The notes under the pieces: generated by a model
Seen by the model: the letters and a program-made list of their open reading frames with translations, nothing else
Databases searched by the model: none
Told to the model about the DNA's origin: nothing
Made by a program: the position numbers and the translations under genes
In this document: piece by piece, positions 55,778 through 64,000 of the stretch
How positions within the stretch are numbered: the first letter of the stretch is position 1
Layout of the letters: every line of letters starts with the position of its first letter
From: an uncultured Candidatus Binatia bacterium
GTDB lineage: Bacteria > Desulfobacterota > Binatia > Bin18
NCBI GenBank assembly: GCA_965214605.1
Contig: OZ243961.1
Coordinates: 1,344,001-1,408,000, forward strand
DNA: 64,000 nucleotides
Direction: 5' to 3'

Positions 55778-56103
55778 ATGCAGCGGGTTCCTATTGAAGA
55801 TTTCCGAGTCGCCACAACCCACAAGACCGCGCGTCGACAGGTCTCGCAGGTTGGGTCCGTAGCTGCCCGGACAGCAGGTTGTCGGGCAAGTCCCCGCACC
55901 CACCCCTTGAGTTGGGTCCGTAGCTGCCCGGACAGCAGTGTCCAAGCGCTGGTAGAGAGTGAGAAAATTCCCCTGGACGACGGTCAGCTGGTGTTCGGGG
56001 TAGGCTGCCGGGTGCGCTTATCACAGATATCAAGGTGGAGGAGTAGGAAGCGAGTAGAGAGTTTGTCCATTTTGTGGTCAGCTATGAAGACCCGCATTCT
56101 TGA
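55778..56103 (+). pseudogene. Eroded acylphosphatase gene with an internal duplication
   Basis: Fragments FRVATTHKTA / GLAGWVRSCPDS / SVQALVESEK / LPGALITDIKVEE*EASREFVHFVVSY follow the AcyP pattern (FR...GL.GWVRN.PDG.V....EG...GP..A.V..V.V...F..F.I.Y). Confidence 0.65.
55850..55938. repeat. Two identical 28-bp direct repeats separated by 33 bp
   Basis: GTTGGGTCCGTAGCTGCCCGGACAGCAG at 55850-55877 and 55911-55938. Confidence 0.95.
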
Positions 56104-56228
56104 CCCTGCCTGTTGCCTCTGTCCGCCATTAGTGCACAAATGGGGTTATCCTTACCGTTGAGATCAACATGATGAGGATGAAGCACATTTGACCCCCTGG
56201 GTGACAACTCAGTATAAGGAGGCGAGAT

Positions 56229-57020
56229 ATGGGACGACTCGACGGAAAAGTGGCGTTCATTACCGGTGCAGGCTCCGGCATTGCGCGGGCGGCCTCACAG
56301 ATTTTTACCCGGGAAGGTGCGAAGGTTGTTATTGCTGAACTCCAGCCCGAGTTGGGCCGGGCGGCCGAAGAGCTCGTCAGAGAGGGGGGTGGTGAAGCGC
56401 TCTTTGTGGAAACCGACGTCACCAAGGAAGACAGCGTAAAGAACGCGATCGACACAACAATTGAGGTGTACGGCAAGCTTGACGTGCTGTATAACAGCGC
56501 CGGCGGCTCGATTGTTGAAGACGGCAAAGTCACCGAGGTCGATATGTCGGTCTGGAACCACACTATCTCGCTCGATCTGCTCGGTACATTCCTGTGCTGC
56601 CGTCACGCTATTCCCAAACTCGTTGAAAACGGTGGCGGTTCGATCATCAACATGTCATCCGTTGTTGCCCTGCGCGGCTCATTTCCCATCCACATCTATA
56701 CCTCGGCCAAGGGCGGTATCATTGCTTTTACCCGGGTTCTGGCCGGGACCTATGCCAGAAACAACATCCGTGCCAACGCAATTTGCCCCGGGGTGATTAT
56801 GACCGATCGGGTCAAGCAACGGTTTGGCGAGAGCCTAGATATCCCTCCCCCCAACGCCCAGGCATCCGCTATTAACCTCAAAGCCCAAATAGAAAAATAT
56901 CCGTTCTCGGTCGGCGAGCCGGAAGACATCGCCCATATTGCTCTGTTCCTAGCCGCGGACGAGTCGCGCATGGTCAACGGCGTTGCGATTCCCGGCGATG
57001 GTGGTTTGTCAGCCTATTGA
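56229..57020 (+). CDS. SDR family oxidoreductase
   Basis: TGAGSGIA, YNSAG, YTSAK, ANAICPG. Confidence 0.92.
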   Translation: MGRLDGKVAFITGAGSGIARAASQIFTREGAKVVIAELQPELGRAAEELVREGGGEALFVETDVTKEDSVKNAIDTTIEVYGKLDVLYNSAGGSIVEDGKVTEVDMSVWNHTISLDLLGTFLCCRHAIPKLVENGGGSIINMSSVVALRGSFPIHIYTSAKGGIIAFTRVLAGTYARNNIRANAICPGVIMTDRVKQRFGESLDIPPPNAQASAINLKAQIEKYPFSVGEPEDIAHIALFLAADESRMVNGVAIPGDGGLSAY

Positions 57021-57067
57021 ACCCTCCTCTAGCCGGAGAGGACACCCTTCACATAACGGAGCGTGTG

Positions 57068-58231
57068 ATGCAAAAAGAGCCGTTTACGATTGCTGTTGCC
57101 GAAGAGACCCTGACCGACCTGCGTGAACGCCTGAGCCGGGTACGCTGGCCGCACGATTTTAATAATGCAGATTGGGCATACGGCACGAACAAAGCCTACC
57201 TGATGGAGTTGGTCGAGTACTGGCTAGACAGATACGATTGGCGCACCACCGAACGCGAGATCAACGCCTTTGCCAATTACAAGACCACAATCGAAGACGT
57301 TCCCATCCACTTCATTCATGAGCCGGGCAAAGGTCCCAATCCTCTACCGCTGATCCTGACCCACGGCTGGCCGTGGACGTTTTGGGATCTCAAACACATC
57401 ATCCGGCCGTTGTCTGATCCCGCTTCGTTTGGCGGTGACCCTCAGGATGCCTTTGATGTGATCGTTCCGTCGCTGCCCGGCTTTGGGTTTTCCTCCCCCC
57501 TAACAACCCCGGGAATTAACTTTGTCCGTACTGCGGACCTGTGGCTCAGGCTGATGCAGGAGGTGCTGGGGTATCAAAAATTCGGAGCTCAGGGCGGGGA
57601 CTGGGGAGCACTGGTGACCATGCAGCTGGGTCATAAGTACGCCCAACATCTGATCGGCACGCATATCAATCTCGCGATTCCATTAGGCTTTTTTTCTGGT
57701 GAACAGGTCGATCTCCAGGACTACGGTCCGGACGAGGAGGGTTGGTATGATCGCATGCAAACCCGCATGCAGGGCGCGACTAGCCACGTGGTGGTGCAAA
57801 CCACCGACCCGCAAACCCTGGCCTATGGCATGCATGACTCACCGGTTGCGCTGTGCGCATGGATTCTAGAACGACGACGTAACTGGAGTGATTGCGGAGG
57901 CGAGGTTGAGCGGCGGTTTTCAAAGGACGATCTGCTGAACACGATGATGATCTACTGGGTGACCGAGACTTTTGTCACCTCGGCGCGCTACTATTACGAG
58001 GCCAAGCACCATCTGTGGACCCCGTCACACGACCGCACTCCAGTGGTGGAGTCACCAACCGGGATTGCCGTTTTTCCCCAGGAACTGGCGCTCATGCCGC
58101 GCCGCTGGGCCGAGCGCTACTACAACCTCGCCCACTGGTCGCTGATGACCGCCGGTGGACACTTTGCCCACGCCGAAGAACCACAGCAGCTCACAGAGGA
58201 TATCCGCACCTTCTTTCGGGCTTTACGCTAG
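57068..58231 (+). CDS. Epoxide hydrolase (EHN domain, microsomal type)
   Basis: HGWP, PSLPGFGFS, GGDWG nucleophile elbow, DSPVAL.AWILE, GGHFA..E.P. Confidence 0.92.
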   Translation: MQKEPFTIAVAEETLTDLRERLSRVRWPHDFNNADWAYGTNKAYLMELVEYWLDRYDWRTTEREINAFANYKTTIEDVPIHFIHEPGKGPNPLPLILTHGWPWTFWDLKHIIRPLSDPASFGGDPQDAFDVIVPSLPGFGFSSPLTTPGINFVRTADLWLRLMQEVLGYQKFGAQGGDWGALVTMQLGHKYAQHLIGTHINLAIPLGFFSGEQVDLQDYGPDEEGWYDRMQTRMQGATSHVVVQTTDPQTLAYGMHDSPVALCAWILERRRNWSDCGGEVERRFSKDDLLNTMMIYWVTETFVTSARYYYEAKHHLWTPSHDRTPVVESPTGIAVFPQELALMPRRWAERYYNLAHWSLMTAGGHFAHAEEPQQLTEDIRTFFRALR

Positions 58232-58264
58232 CAACGCAGTAAGGACGCAAGCCTGCCTGGCTCC

Positions 58265-58878
58265 TTACACCCTTACGTTGTAGAGACGAACGGCGTTTCT
58301 GCCCATCACCTTCTGGATATCCTCCTCAGGCATATCCCTGAAGCCCCCATCGAAACTCACGCGAGTGGGGCGAGATCGGGTCGGCTGGTGTGCGGATAAT
58401 CCACCGATTTCATCATACGCTCGGCTCCAAACAGCTGACAGATAAAATCAGCCATGGCCTGCTCGAACTGAAAGGTCGCAACCACGTTACATTGTATTCA
58501 CTCGGCAACATGGAGAGATTCACCCCTTCAGAAGCGCTCATAAGCGGGAGCCGATAGAGAATGTGCGGAATCCAGAAAACGTCGTTCCCGGCCGACGGCT
58601 GCAACATCCCGCAGCAAGTCGAGGATATGGCCCCACATCGCAACCAGCATGACACGGGACCCAATCCGCACCCATTGATGGTTTCGTCCGCCAGAATCCA
58701 GCAGCACCGCTGCTTCAACTCGCTCCAGACGGCGATCCTGCACGATGAAGAGAAGCGCAGAGTCCCTGAGTCACGTCTCAGGATAGTCTACCCGATTGGT
58801 CAATCCAGCTCAGAACTTGTTCTTGACGAAGACTCAAGTAGCTCTATCCGTATCGTCGATGGTGATATCGGACCTCAT
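58265..58878 (-). pseudogene. Eroded amidohydrolase (Amidohydro_2) gene
   Basis: Fragments NDVFWIPHILYRL, LSMLPSEY, ATFQFE, FGAERMMKSVDYPH, PHSRE, MPEEDIQKVMGRNAVRLYNV* across frameshifts and stops. Confidence 0.75.
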
Positions 58879-59091
58879 GTCGCTATGCCTAGGCCCGCCC
58901 ACGGTGCACCTGGGTGCGAACTTGGAGAGAAAAACCCGGGACAGAGACGAGGGCCCGAACAATGTCCAACGAGGGACATAGAATAGAGGCGAGCCTTCTG
59001 ATCGCGTGCGGTGGGAACGTCATTGCCCACGCCGTGCGTCAACAGGCTCATCACTCTCTTCTCCTTTCTCGTCTTGCCATTACGGATAAAC

Positions 59092-60486
59092 TCATGACTC
59101 CTCGACCTCAGTGCCACCTACACTTTCATCCGACCAAATCTTGCCCGGATTCAGAATCTGTTTTGGATCGAACACCTGCTTGATCCTCTTCATCAGTTCA
59201 ACGCTCGGGCCATGTTCTTGGGCGACATACTTCTGACTCCCCAAACCGATACCGTGCTCACCCGAGGCTGTCCCGCCGACCGACAGGACGAACGCCACGA
59301 TGTCATCCTTTGCCCGCTGGGCGGCTGCCCAGCTTTTGGCATCAGCTGCGTCCTCACGCAGTAAGGCGTGCAAAATACCGAGCCCGGCATGGCCAAAGGT
59401 ATGCAGCACGACTCCGTGTTGCTCGGCAATGGCATAGCTCTGCTCTACCACCTCGGGTAAACGTGAGATAGGAAATCCCATATCGGTTCGGATCGTTTTG
59501 CCTTGAGGTTTCAGGGCTTGAATCGCCCGGGTGGTGAAATGGCGCACTTCCCATGGATTGCGTCCGTCAGGCAGGACGATCAAGCGTCCGCCCTGCTCTT
59601 CACACAGCGCTTGGGCGGTCTCAAAAACGACATCAACCGAGTCTAGTGAACCGTGGACCTCAAGAAACAGCGACGGCTGCTCCTCCAAACCAAACCCTCG
59701 GTAGCGGTTGAGAGAGACAATGGAGCGTCGATCAAGAAATTCGACCGCGGCGAGATCAACGCCGTAGCGCATCATCGTCGCAATAGCAGTCGCGGCGTCT
59801 TTCTCGGTCGGAAATGTTAGGGCGCCCTGTTTTCGGCCCTGCGGAAGTCCGGCCAAGGAGAGCGTCAGCTCGGTGGCAATGGCCAGTGTTCCTTCTGAAC
59901 CAACGACCAGGCCTAGCAGGTGATAGCCGGAGGACGTTTTGCGGCACCGAGTGCCAAGCTCCAGAACTTGTCCAGTCCCGGTGACAACTGTGGCAGCCTT
60001 CACATGCTCCCGTGTACCTCCGTATTTGACCGAATAGATACCGCTGGCATTGTTGGCGACCATACCGCCAATTGTCGCGACATCCGAGCTGCCACCAGGC
60101 GACGGCGGGAAAAAAAGCCCCCACGGTTTGAGCTGTTCATTCAGCTGGTTATAGACAACGCCGGGCTGGACACTGACCTGTAAATCTTCCTGATGGACCT
60201 CGATAACCGCGTCCATGCGCGATAGGTCGAGCACAATCCCGCCTTGCACCGGAATCGGATTGCCCTCTAGACTTGAACCCGCCCCACGAGCGGTAATCGG
60301 GACCTCGTGGGTCCAGGCATAGCCGACCACGTGGCTGACCTCCTCGGTGGACAGCGGCCAGGCGACCACATCGGGTCTGACCGGCTGACAGGCTGATTCA
60401 TCCCCAGCAGCGACATCTAGATCGACAACCCGTGTCGAGATACGCTGGGCAGGCAGGAAAGCACTTAGCGCCTTGGCGAGAGACAT
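59092..60486 (-). CDS. FAD-binding oxidoreductase, GlcD/D-lactate dehydrogenase family
   Basis: ARGAGSSLEG, ATIGGMVANNASG...KYG, VGSEGTL, FGHAG, SGEHGIG, DPKQILNPGK. Confidence 0.92.
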   Translation of the reverse strand: MSLAKALSAFLPAQRISTRVVDLDVAAGDESACQPVRPDVVAWPLSTEEVSHVVGYAWTHEVPITARGAGSSLEGNPIPVQGGIVLDLSRMDAVIEVHQEDLQVSVQPGVVYNQLNEQLKPWGLFFPPSPGGSSDVATIGGMVANNASGIYSVKYGGTREHVKAATVVTGTGQVLELGTRCRKTSSGYHLLGLVVGSEGTLAIATELTLSLAGLPQGRKQGALTFPTEKDAATAIATMMRYGVDLAAVEFLDRRSIVSLNRYRGFGLEEQPSLFLEVHGSLDSVDVVFETAQALCEEQGGRLIVLPDGRNPWEVRHFTTRAIQALKPQGKTIRTDMGFPISRLPEVVEQSYAIAEQHGVVLHTFGHAGLGILHALLREDAADAKSWAAAQRAKDDIVAFVLSVGGTASGEHGIGLGSQKYVAQEHGPSVELMKRIKQVFDPKQILNPGKIWSDESVGGTEVEES

Positions 60487-60625
60487 ACAACCCTCCTTGG
60501 ACAAAGATAACACGTAGGGGGGTCTACCGCCGCGGTCGCTGCAATTGCATAAGCCGCAGATAAAGCGCACAATACAGAGATCTACCCCACAGCTGCACAA
60601 TACCCGATTTGCTCGCCCTTAGACT

Positions 60626-61384
60626 ATGCTCAGCGCAATTTTCTTTGATTTTGACGGAACGCTGGCCGATGACGGAGACTCGATTGGTGAAGCGCTTGAT
60701 TACGCCTGTACAGCCGTCCGCCAGCATTGGCCCGACATTCCTACCCCAGACCTCATCGAGACCTACCGCCATACCTCAGAAACGGCCTGGGGCGACTATG
60801 ACCGCCACCTCCGCCACCTCTCCTCGCCCGAAACCATGCTCATGGCGGTCTGGCAAAAAGTCTTGGGTAAATGGGGCTACCATGACCCTGCGGTGGAGCG
60901 TAAGGCCGCCACCCTGTACTGGCAACACCGCCTCCGTCACTGCCTCCCCTTTCCCGATGTTGTACCGGTGCTGTCTCGCCTAGGCCTGCACTTCCACCTC
61001 GGTCTCTTAACCAACGGCGCGCCGACCATGCAGCGCGCCAAAGTCAAAGCAAGTGGATTGGAGGCGTTTTTTCACACCATTTTTGTTGGCGGCGAGTTTA
61101 CACGCGGTAAACCACATCCAGCCATCTTTCAGGCGGCCCTTGAGGCGGCGGGCTGCCGACCTGAGCAGGCCGTGCATGTCGGCGATTCGCTGCTGCACGA
61201 TATTACCGGCGCCCAGGCCGTCGGCATTCACAACGTCTGGCTGAATCGCAAACGCCTTGCCCTCACCGCCCTGCCGGCCCGGATACGACACCAGCTTGGG
61301 AGTACCCGACCAGAGTATGAGATTTCCCGTCTGACGGAGCTGCAGCCGTGCATTGATAGGCTCATGGAAGTCGCCTCTGGCTAA
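60626..61384 (+). CDS. HAD family hydrolase
   Basis: FDFDGTL, LLTNG, GKP.P.IF, HVGDS...DI.GA. Confidence 0.92.
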   Translation: MLSAIFFDFDGTLADDGDSIGEALDYACTAVRQHWPDIPTPDLIETYRHTSETAWGDYDRHLRHLSSPETMLMAVWQKVLGKWGYHDPAVERKAATLYWQHRLRHCLPFPDVVPVLSRLGLHFHLGLLTNGAPTMQRAKVKASGLEAFFHTIFVGGEFTRGKPHPAIFQAALEAAGCRPEQAVHVGDSLLHDITGAQAVGIHNVWLNRKRLALTALPARIRHQLGSTRPEYEISRLTELQPCIDRLMEVASG

Positions 61385-61451
61385 AGCCCACAAACGCTCG
61401 GTCTTGTTTCGGAGCGGGCGGTTCGACTATGAAGATGTCTAAGAGAGTGCT

Positions 61452-62024
61452 ATGGATAAAAACGCCTACGATATTTTACTGTTCAATTACTACCGCGAGG
61501 CTGAGTTGCGGGGGGCTGATCTTATTCTGCGCTTAATCAACCGGATGGATGACCCCGGCTTGCAAGAGAAACTCTCCCGACATCTGGCCGACGAAACCAA
61601 CCACGCCTGGCTGTGGACCGAACGCATCCGAGCTTTGGGTGGCATTCCGGTCCGCATCGACAACGGCTATCATCGCCATTTACGCCGCAAAATCGGTCTG
61701 CCATCAAAGCTGCTCGACCTGCTCGCTCTGACCTATGTGGTTGAAGAGCGCTCCCGCAAGCGGTACGAAGAGCACGCCGCTCGGCCCGATGTGGACACAG
61801 CCACCCGCAAAGTCCTTGATGAGCTCCAGGACGATGAAAAACGTCACCTCAGCTGGGTGTCTGAAAAACTAGCCCAGATGGCGGAACACGAGGGCCAGGA
61901 CAAAGTCACGGCTGTTCTAGAGCGCTATCGGGCACTTGAAGAAGAGGTTTTTACAGAAATGTTGGCGGACGAGCGGCGAGCACTACAGAAGATTACGGAG
62001 CGCAAAGACTCACGCGCAGAGTAA
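61452..62024 (+). CDS. Ferritin-like diiron four-helix protein
   Basis: E...(DETNH)...E...(DEKRH) paired ExxH pattern. Confidence 0.8.
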   Translation: MDKNAYDILLFNYYREAELRGADLILRLINRMDDPGLQEKLSRHLADETNHAWLWTERIRALGGIPVRIDNGYHRHLRRKIGLPSKLLDLLALTYVVEERSRKRYEEHAARPDVDTATRKVLDELQDDEKRHLSWVSEKLAQMAEHEGQDKVTAVLERYRALEEEVFTEMLADERRALQKITERKDSRAE

Positions 62025-62035
62025 GGGCCGGGCGC

Positions 62036-63634
62036 TTAGATCTTCTTTTTCTTCTTCGAGACGTAATCAACCAGTAGATACTCTCCTAGGCTATCGGGCC
62101 GAGTATAAAATGCCCGGCCTCGGTTGAGTTGAGTCATTTTTTCTACAAACGCCCGCAGACTTGGGCTATCGTCGAGCATGAACGTATTAATGGTCACCCC
62201 ACGCTGGGTTGCCCGCTCAACCTCTCTAAGCGTTTCTTGAGCAGCCCGCATACTGATTCCGCCAAACGACAAGGGCCACTCGCAGTACAGCCGACCGTGA
62301 GAAAAATAGGCCGTGGGTTGACCGTCGGTGACCACAATAATCTGTCGGTTGTGGCTCGGATGGCGGTGAATCAGGTCTGAGGCCAGGCGAATGCCGTCCT
62401 GCAGGTTAGTGAACGGATCACCCATATTCCAGCTGGCTTCGGGCAGATCTTTGACTTTCAGCTCAACCGCGCGGGTAAAGAAACCTACGATCGCAAAATA
62501 ATCGCGCGGATAGCGCGTTCGAATCAAGCTTTCCAGAGCTAAGGCCACTTTTTTGGCGGCAGCAAAACGTCCCTCCCAACTCATCGACCAACTCATATCG
62601 AGCAACAGGACGGTCGAGGTGGTGGTCGCATGGTCGGTTTCATACACCGTAAAATCGTCGGGATGGATGCGCAGCGGTACCCCACTGCCGTTGCGCGTCA
62701 CCGACTTTTTGAGGGTGCCGACCAAATCAAGATGAAACGGATCTCCGTACGCGTAGGGTTTGGTTTCGTTGATCTTGATCTCGGCAATACCCCGATGGTC
62801 GGCGGCGTGGGTGCCAGAGCGCTCTCGTAGCAGAGCGGCATAAATATCCTGGAGGGCCAACTGGCCTATGCGACGGATGCCCTTGGGCGAGAGCATCAGA
62901 CGCCCTTCCCGAGGTACGACAAAGCCGGCATCCTGCAATAGCGCCTGGATCTGTTGGAGGTTCTGGAAGTCTTGGAGCGCGCCCTGGCCGAGCATGTCTT
63001 GGAGCATATTGGGGTCGATTTTCTCGGGTTGGCCGGAGAGCAGATTTTGCTCCATCTCTTGCAGCTGGGCCATCTCTTGCATCAGGTCTAGGGCTTCGTC
63101 ATAGGTGAGCGATTGCGGACCATTGAACAGATCGTTATAGCGCCGTTGGAAGTCCTCCAAGGAACGAATATTACCGAACTCTTGCATGAGATCGTTAAAC
63201 GCCTCTTGGGCAGCCTCATCTTCGAACGGATAGCGTGCCAGCTTCTCCATTTTATCGCTCAGCCGCCTGGGTAGACGATCAAGAAACTCCTCGTTTTTCT
63301 CCAACTCGGGTTGCTGTGGACGACGCTCCTGGAGCGTGTTGCGCTCTTGGTTCAGAATCTGGCTCAGCTTGTCCTCCATCTCGTCCAAGGACGAGTGCAG
63401 ATTGGTCTGGCGGTAGCGTTCGCGCATCTCCTCGCGCAGATCGCGGACCAGATCGTCCAAACCCTTGAGCTTCTCGTCGTTGTCCCCCTCCACGCCCTGG
63501 CGCATGAGTTTGTCCATAGCTTGACGCATATCGTCGGTGCCCGACAAATGGTCGGCCAGCTCTTGAAAGACCTTGTCTGCGGACAACTGAACCCGCTGAC
63601 TCCCGTCCCAGGCGGTATAACGTATGGTGATCAT
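62036..63634 (-). CDS. VWA domain-containing protein
   Basis: IRYTAWDGSQ N-terminus, MIDAS DMSWS, FTNLQ, VTDGQPTA. Confidence 0.88.
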   Translation of the reverse strand: MITIRYTAWDGSQRVQLSADKVFQELADHLSGTDDMRQAMDKLMRQGVEGDNDEKLKGLDDLVRDLREEMRERYRQTNLHSSLDEMEDKLSQILNQERNTLQERRPQQPELEKNEEFLDRLPRRLSDKMEKLARYPFEDEAAQEAFNDLMQEFGNIRSLEDFQRRYNDLFNGPQSLTYDEALDLMQEMAQLQEMEQNLLSGQPEKIDPNMLQDMLGQGALQDFQNLQQIQALLQDAGFVVPREGRLMLSPKGIRRIGQLALQDIYAALLRERSGTHAADHRGIAEIKINETKPYAYGDPFHLDLVGTLKKSVTRNGSGVPLRIHPDDFTVYETDHATTTSTVLLLDMSWSMSWEGRFAAAKKVALALESLIRTRYPRDYFAIVGFFTRAVELKVKDLPEASWNMGDPFTNLQDGIRLASDLIHRHPSHNRQIIVVTDGQPTAYFSHGRLYCEWPLSFGGISMRAAQETLREVERATQRGVTINTFMLDDSPSLRAFVEKMTQLNRGRAFYTRPDSLGEYLLVDYVSKKKKKI

Positions 63635-63700
63635 GGGGTGAGACCGTGTTATGGCTAGCTAGAGCGGTCAAGCCGGAAGAATCTCGGGCCTGAGGACAGA

Positions 63701-64000
63701 CTATGCCCGGTAGGTAGAGCGTCCGCCTTCGCTCTCTTTATTGAGTTTCTGGTGGAGATGGAGCCCTTCGAGAATGAATTCGGTCGCCGCCGCAACGAGG
63801 CTCGGTTGCGAATCCACTCCCAAGACCTTGAGAGCATCGGCTAGCCCGGTGACCGTCTGTTGTTTCTCCAGATAGTCCTCGGCTGCCATAGCATCCGAAA
63901 TCTCTATTCCCCAGCCATTCTTGAAGTAGTTCACGACCGGAGCCAGCCCTTCGACACTCAGGTGTTGATCAAACACCTTTTGCACTGCTCGGCTGATCAG
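63701..64000 (-). CDS. C-terminus of a magnesium-chelatase/AAA+ ATPase-like protein (partial)
   Basis: AAATEFILEGLHLHQKLNK C-terminal motif; upstream of the VWA gene, as in Rv0958/Rv0959-like pairs. Confidence 0.65.
   Translation of the reverse strand: MISRAVQKVFDQHLSVEGLAPVVNYFKNGWGIEISDAMAAEDYLEKQQTVTGLADALKVLGVDSQPSLVAAATEFILEGLHLHQKLNKESEGGRSTYRA

Noticed and set aside
55754-55800. GCTTCAACGG...CCTATTGAAG resembling the ends of type I-G/III CRISPR repeats
   Set aside because: Single imperfect hairpin with no second copy at spacer distance
55850-55938. Functional CRISPR array
   Set aside because: Only two repeats, no AT-rich leader, no cas genes in the window, and the repeat encodes an acylphosphatase motif; kept only as a repeat and a finding

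Overview
A largely core-genome window from a GC-rich bacterium whose gene order looks Deltaproteobacteria-like (Binatia/Desulfobacterota-type; inference only). It carries polA, tRNA-Gly(GCC), ligA, a complete arginine-to-putrescine pathway (speA/aguA/aguB), sua5/tsaC, monomeric icd, two SCP2-thiolase/DUF35 modules (one with an apparently catalytically dead HMG-CoA-synthase-fold/DUF35 fusion, PhlAB-like), a yceD-plsX-fabD-fabG-acpP-glyA-nrdR-ribD-ribBA-ribH-nusB-leuS-lptE string, rpsT/murJ, mazG, rnhC, purN, greA, the rimP-nusA-infB-rbfA-truB-rpsO-pnp-dut string and several metabolic enzymes. No intact mobile element, prophage, cas gene or true CRISPR array is visible. The main unusual signals are: (i) the PhlABC/archaeal-type thiolase complex cluster; (ii) a RibBA whose RibB half has lost its catalytic residues, with no riboflavin synthase in the operon; (iii) conserved operons missing usual members (rpmF, fabH, fabF, holA, purM); and (iv) at least five eroded pseudogenes that the ORF track misses or fragments, one of which mimics a mini-CRISPR. 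All family assignments come from motif recognition by eye, not from database searches.
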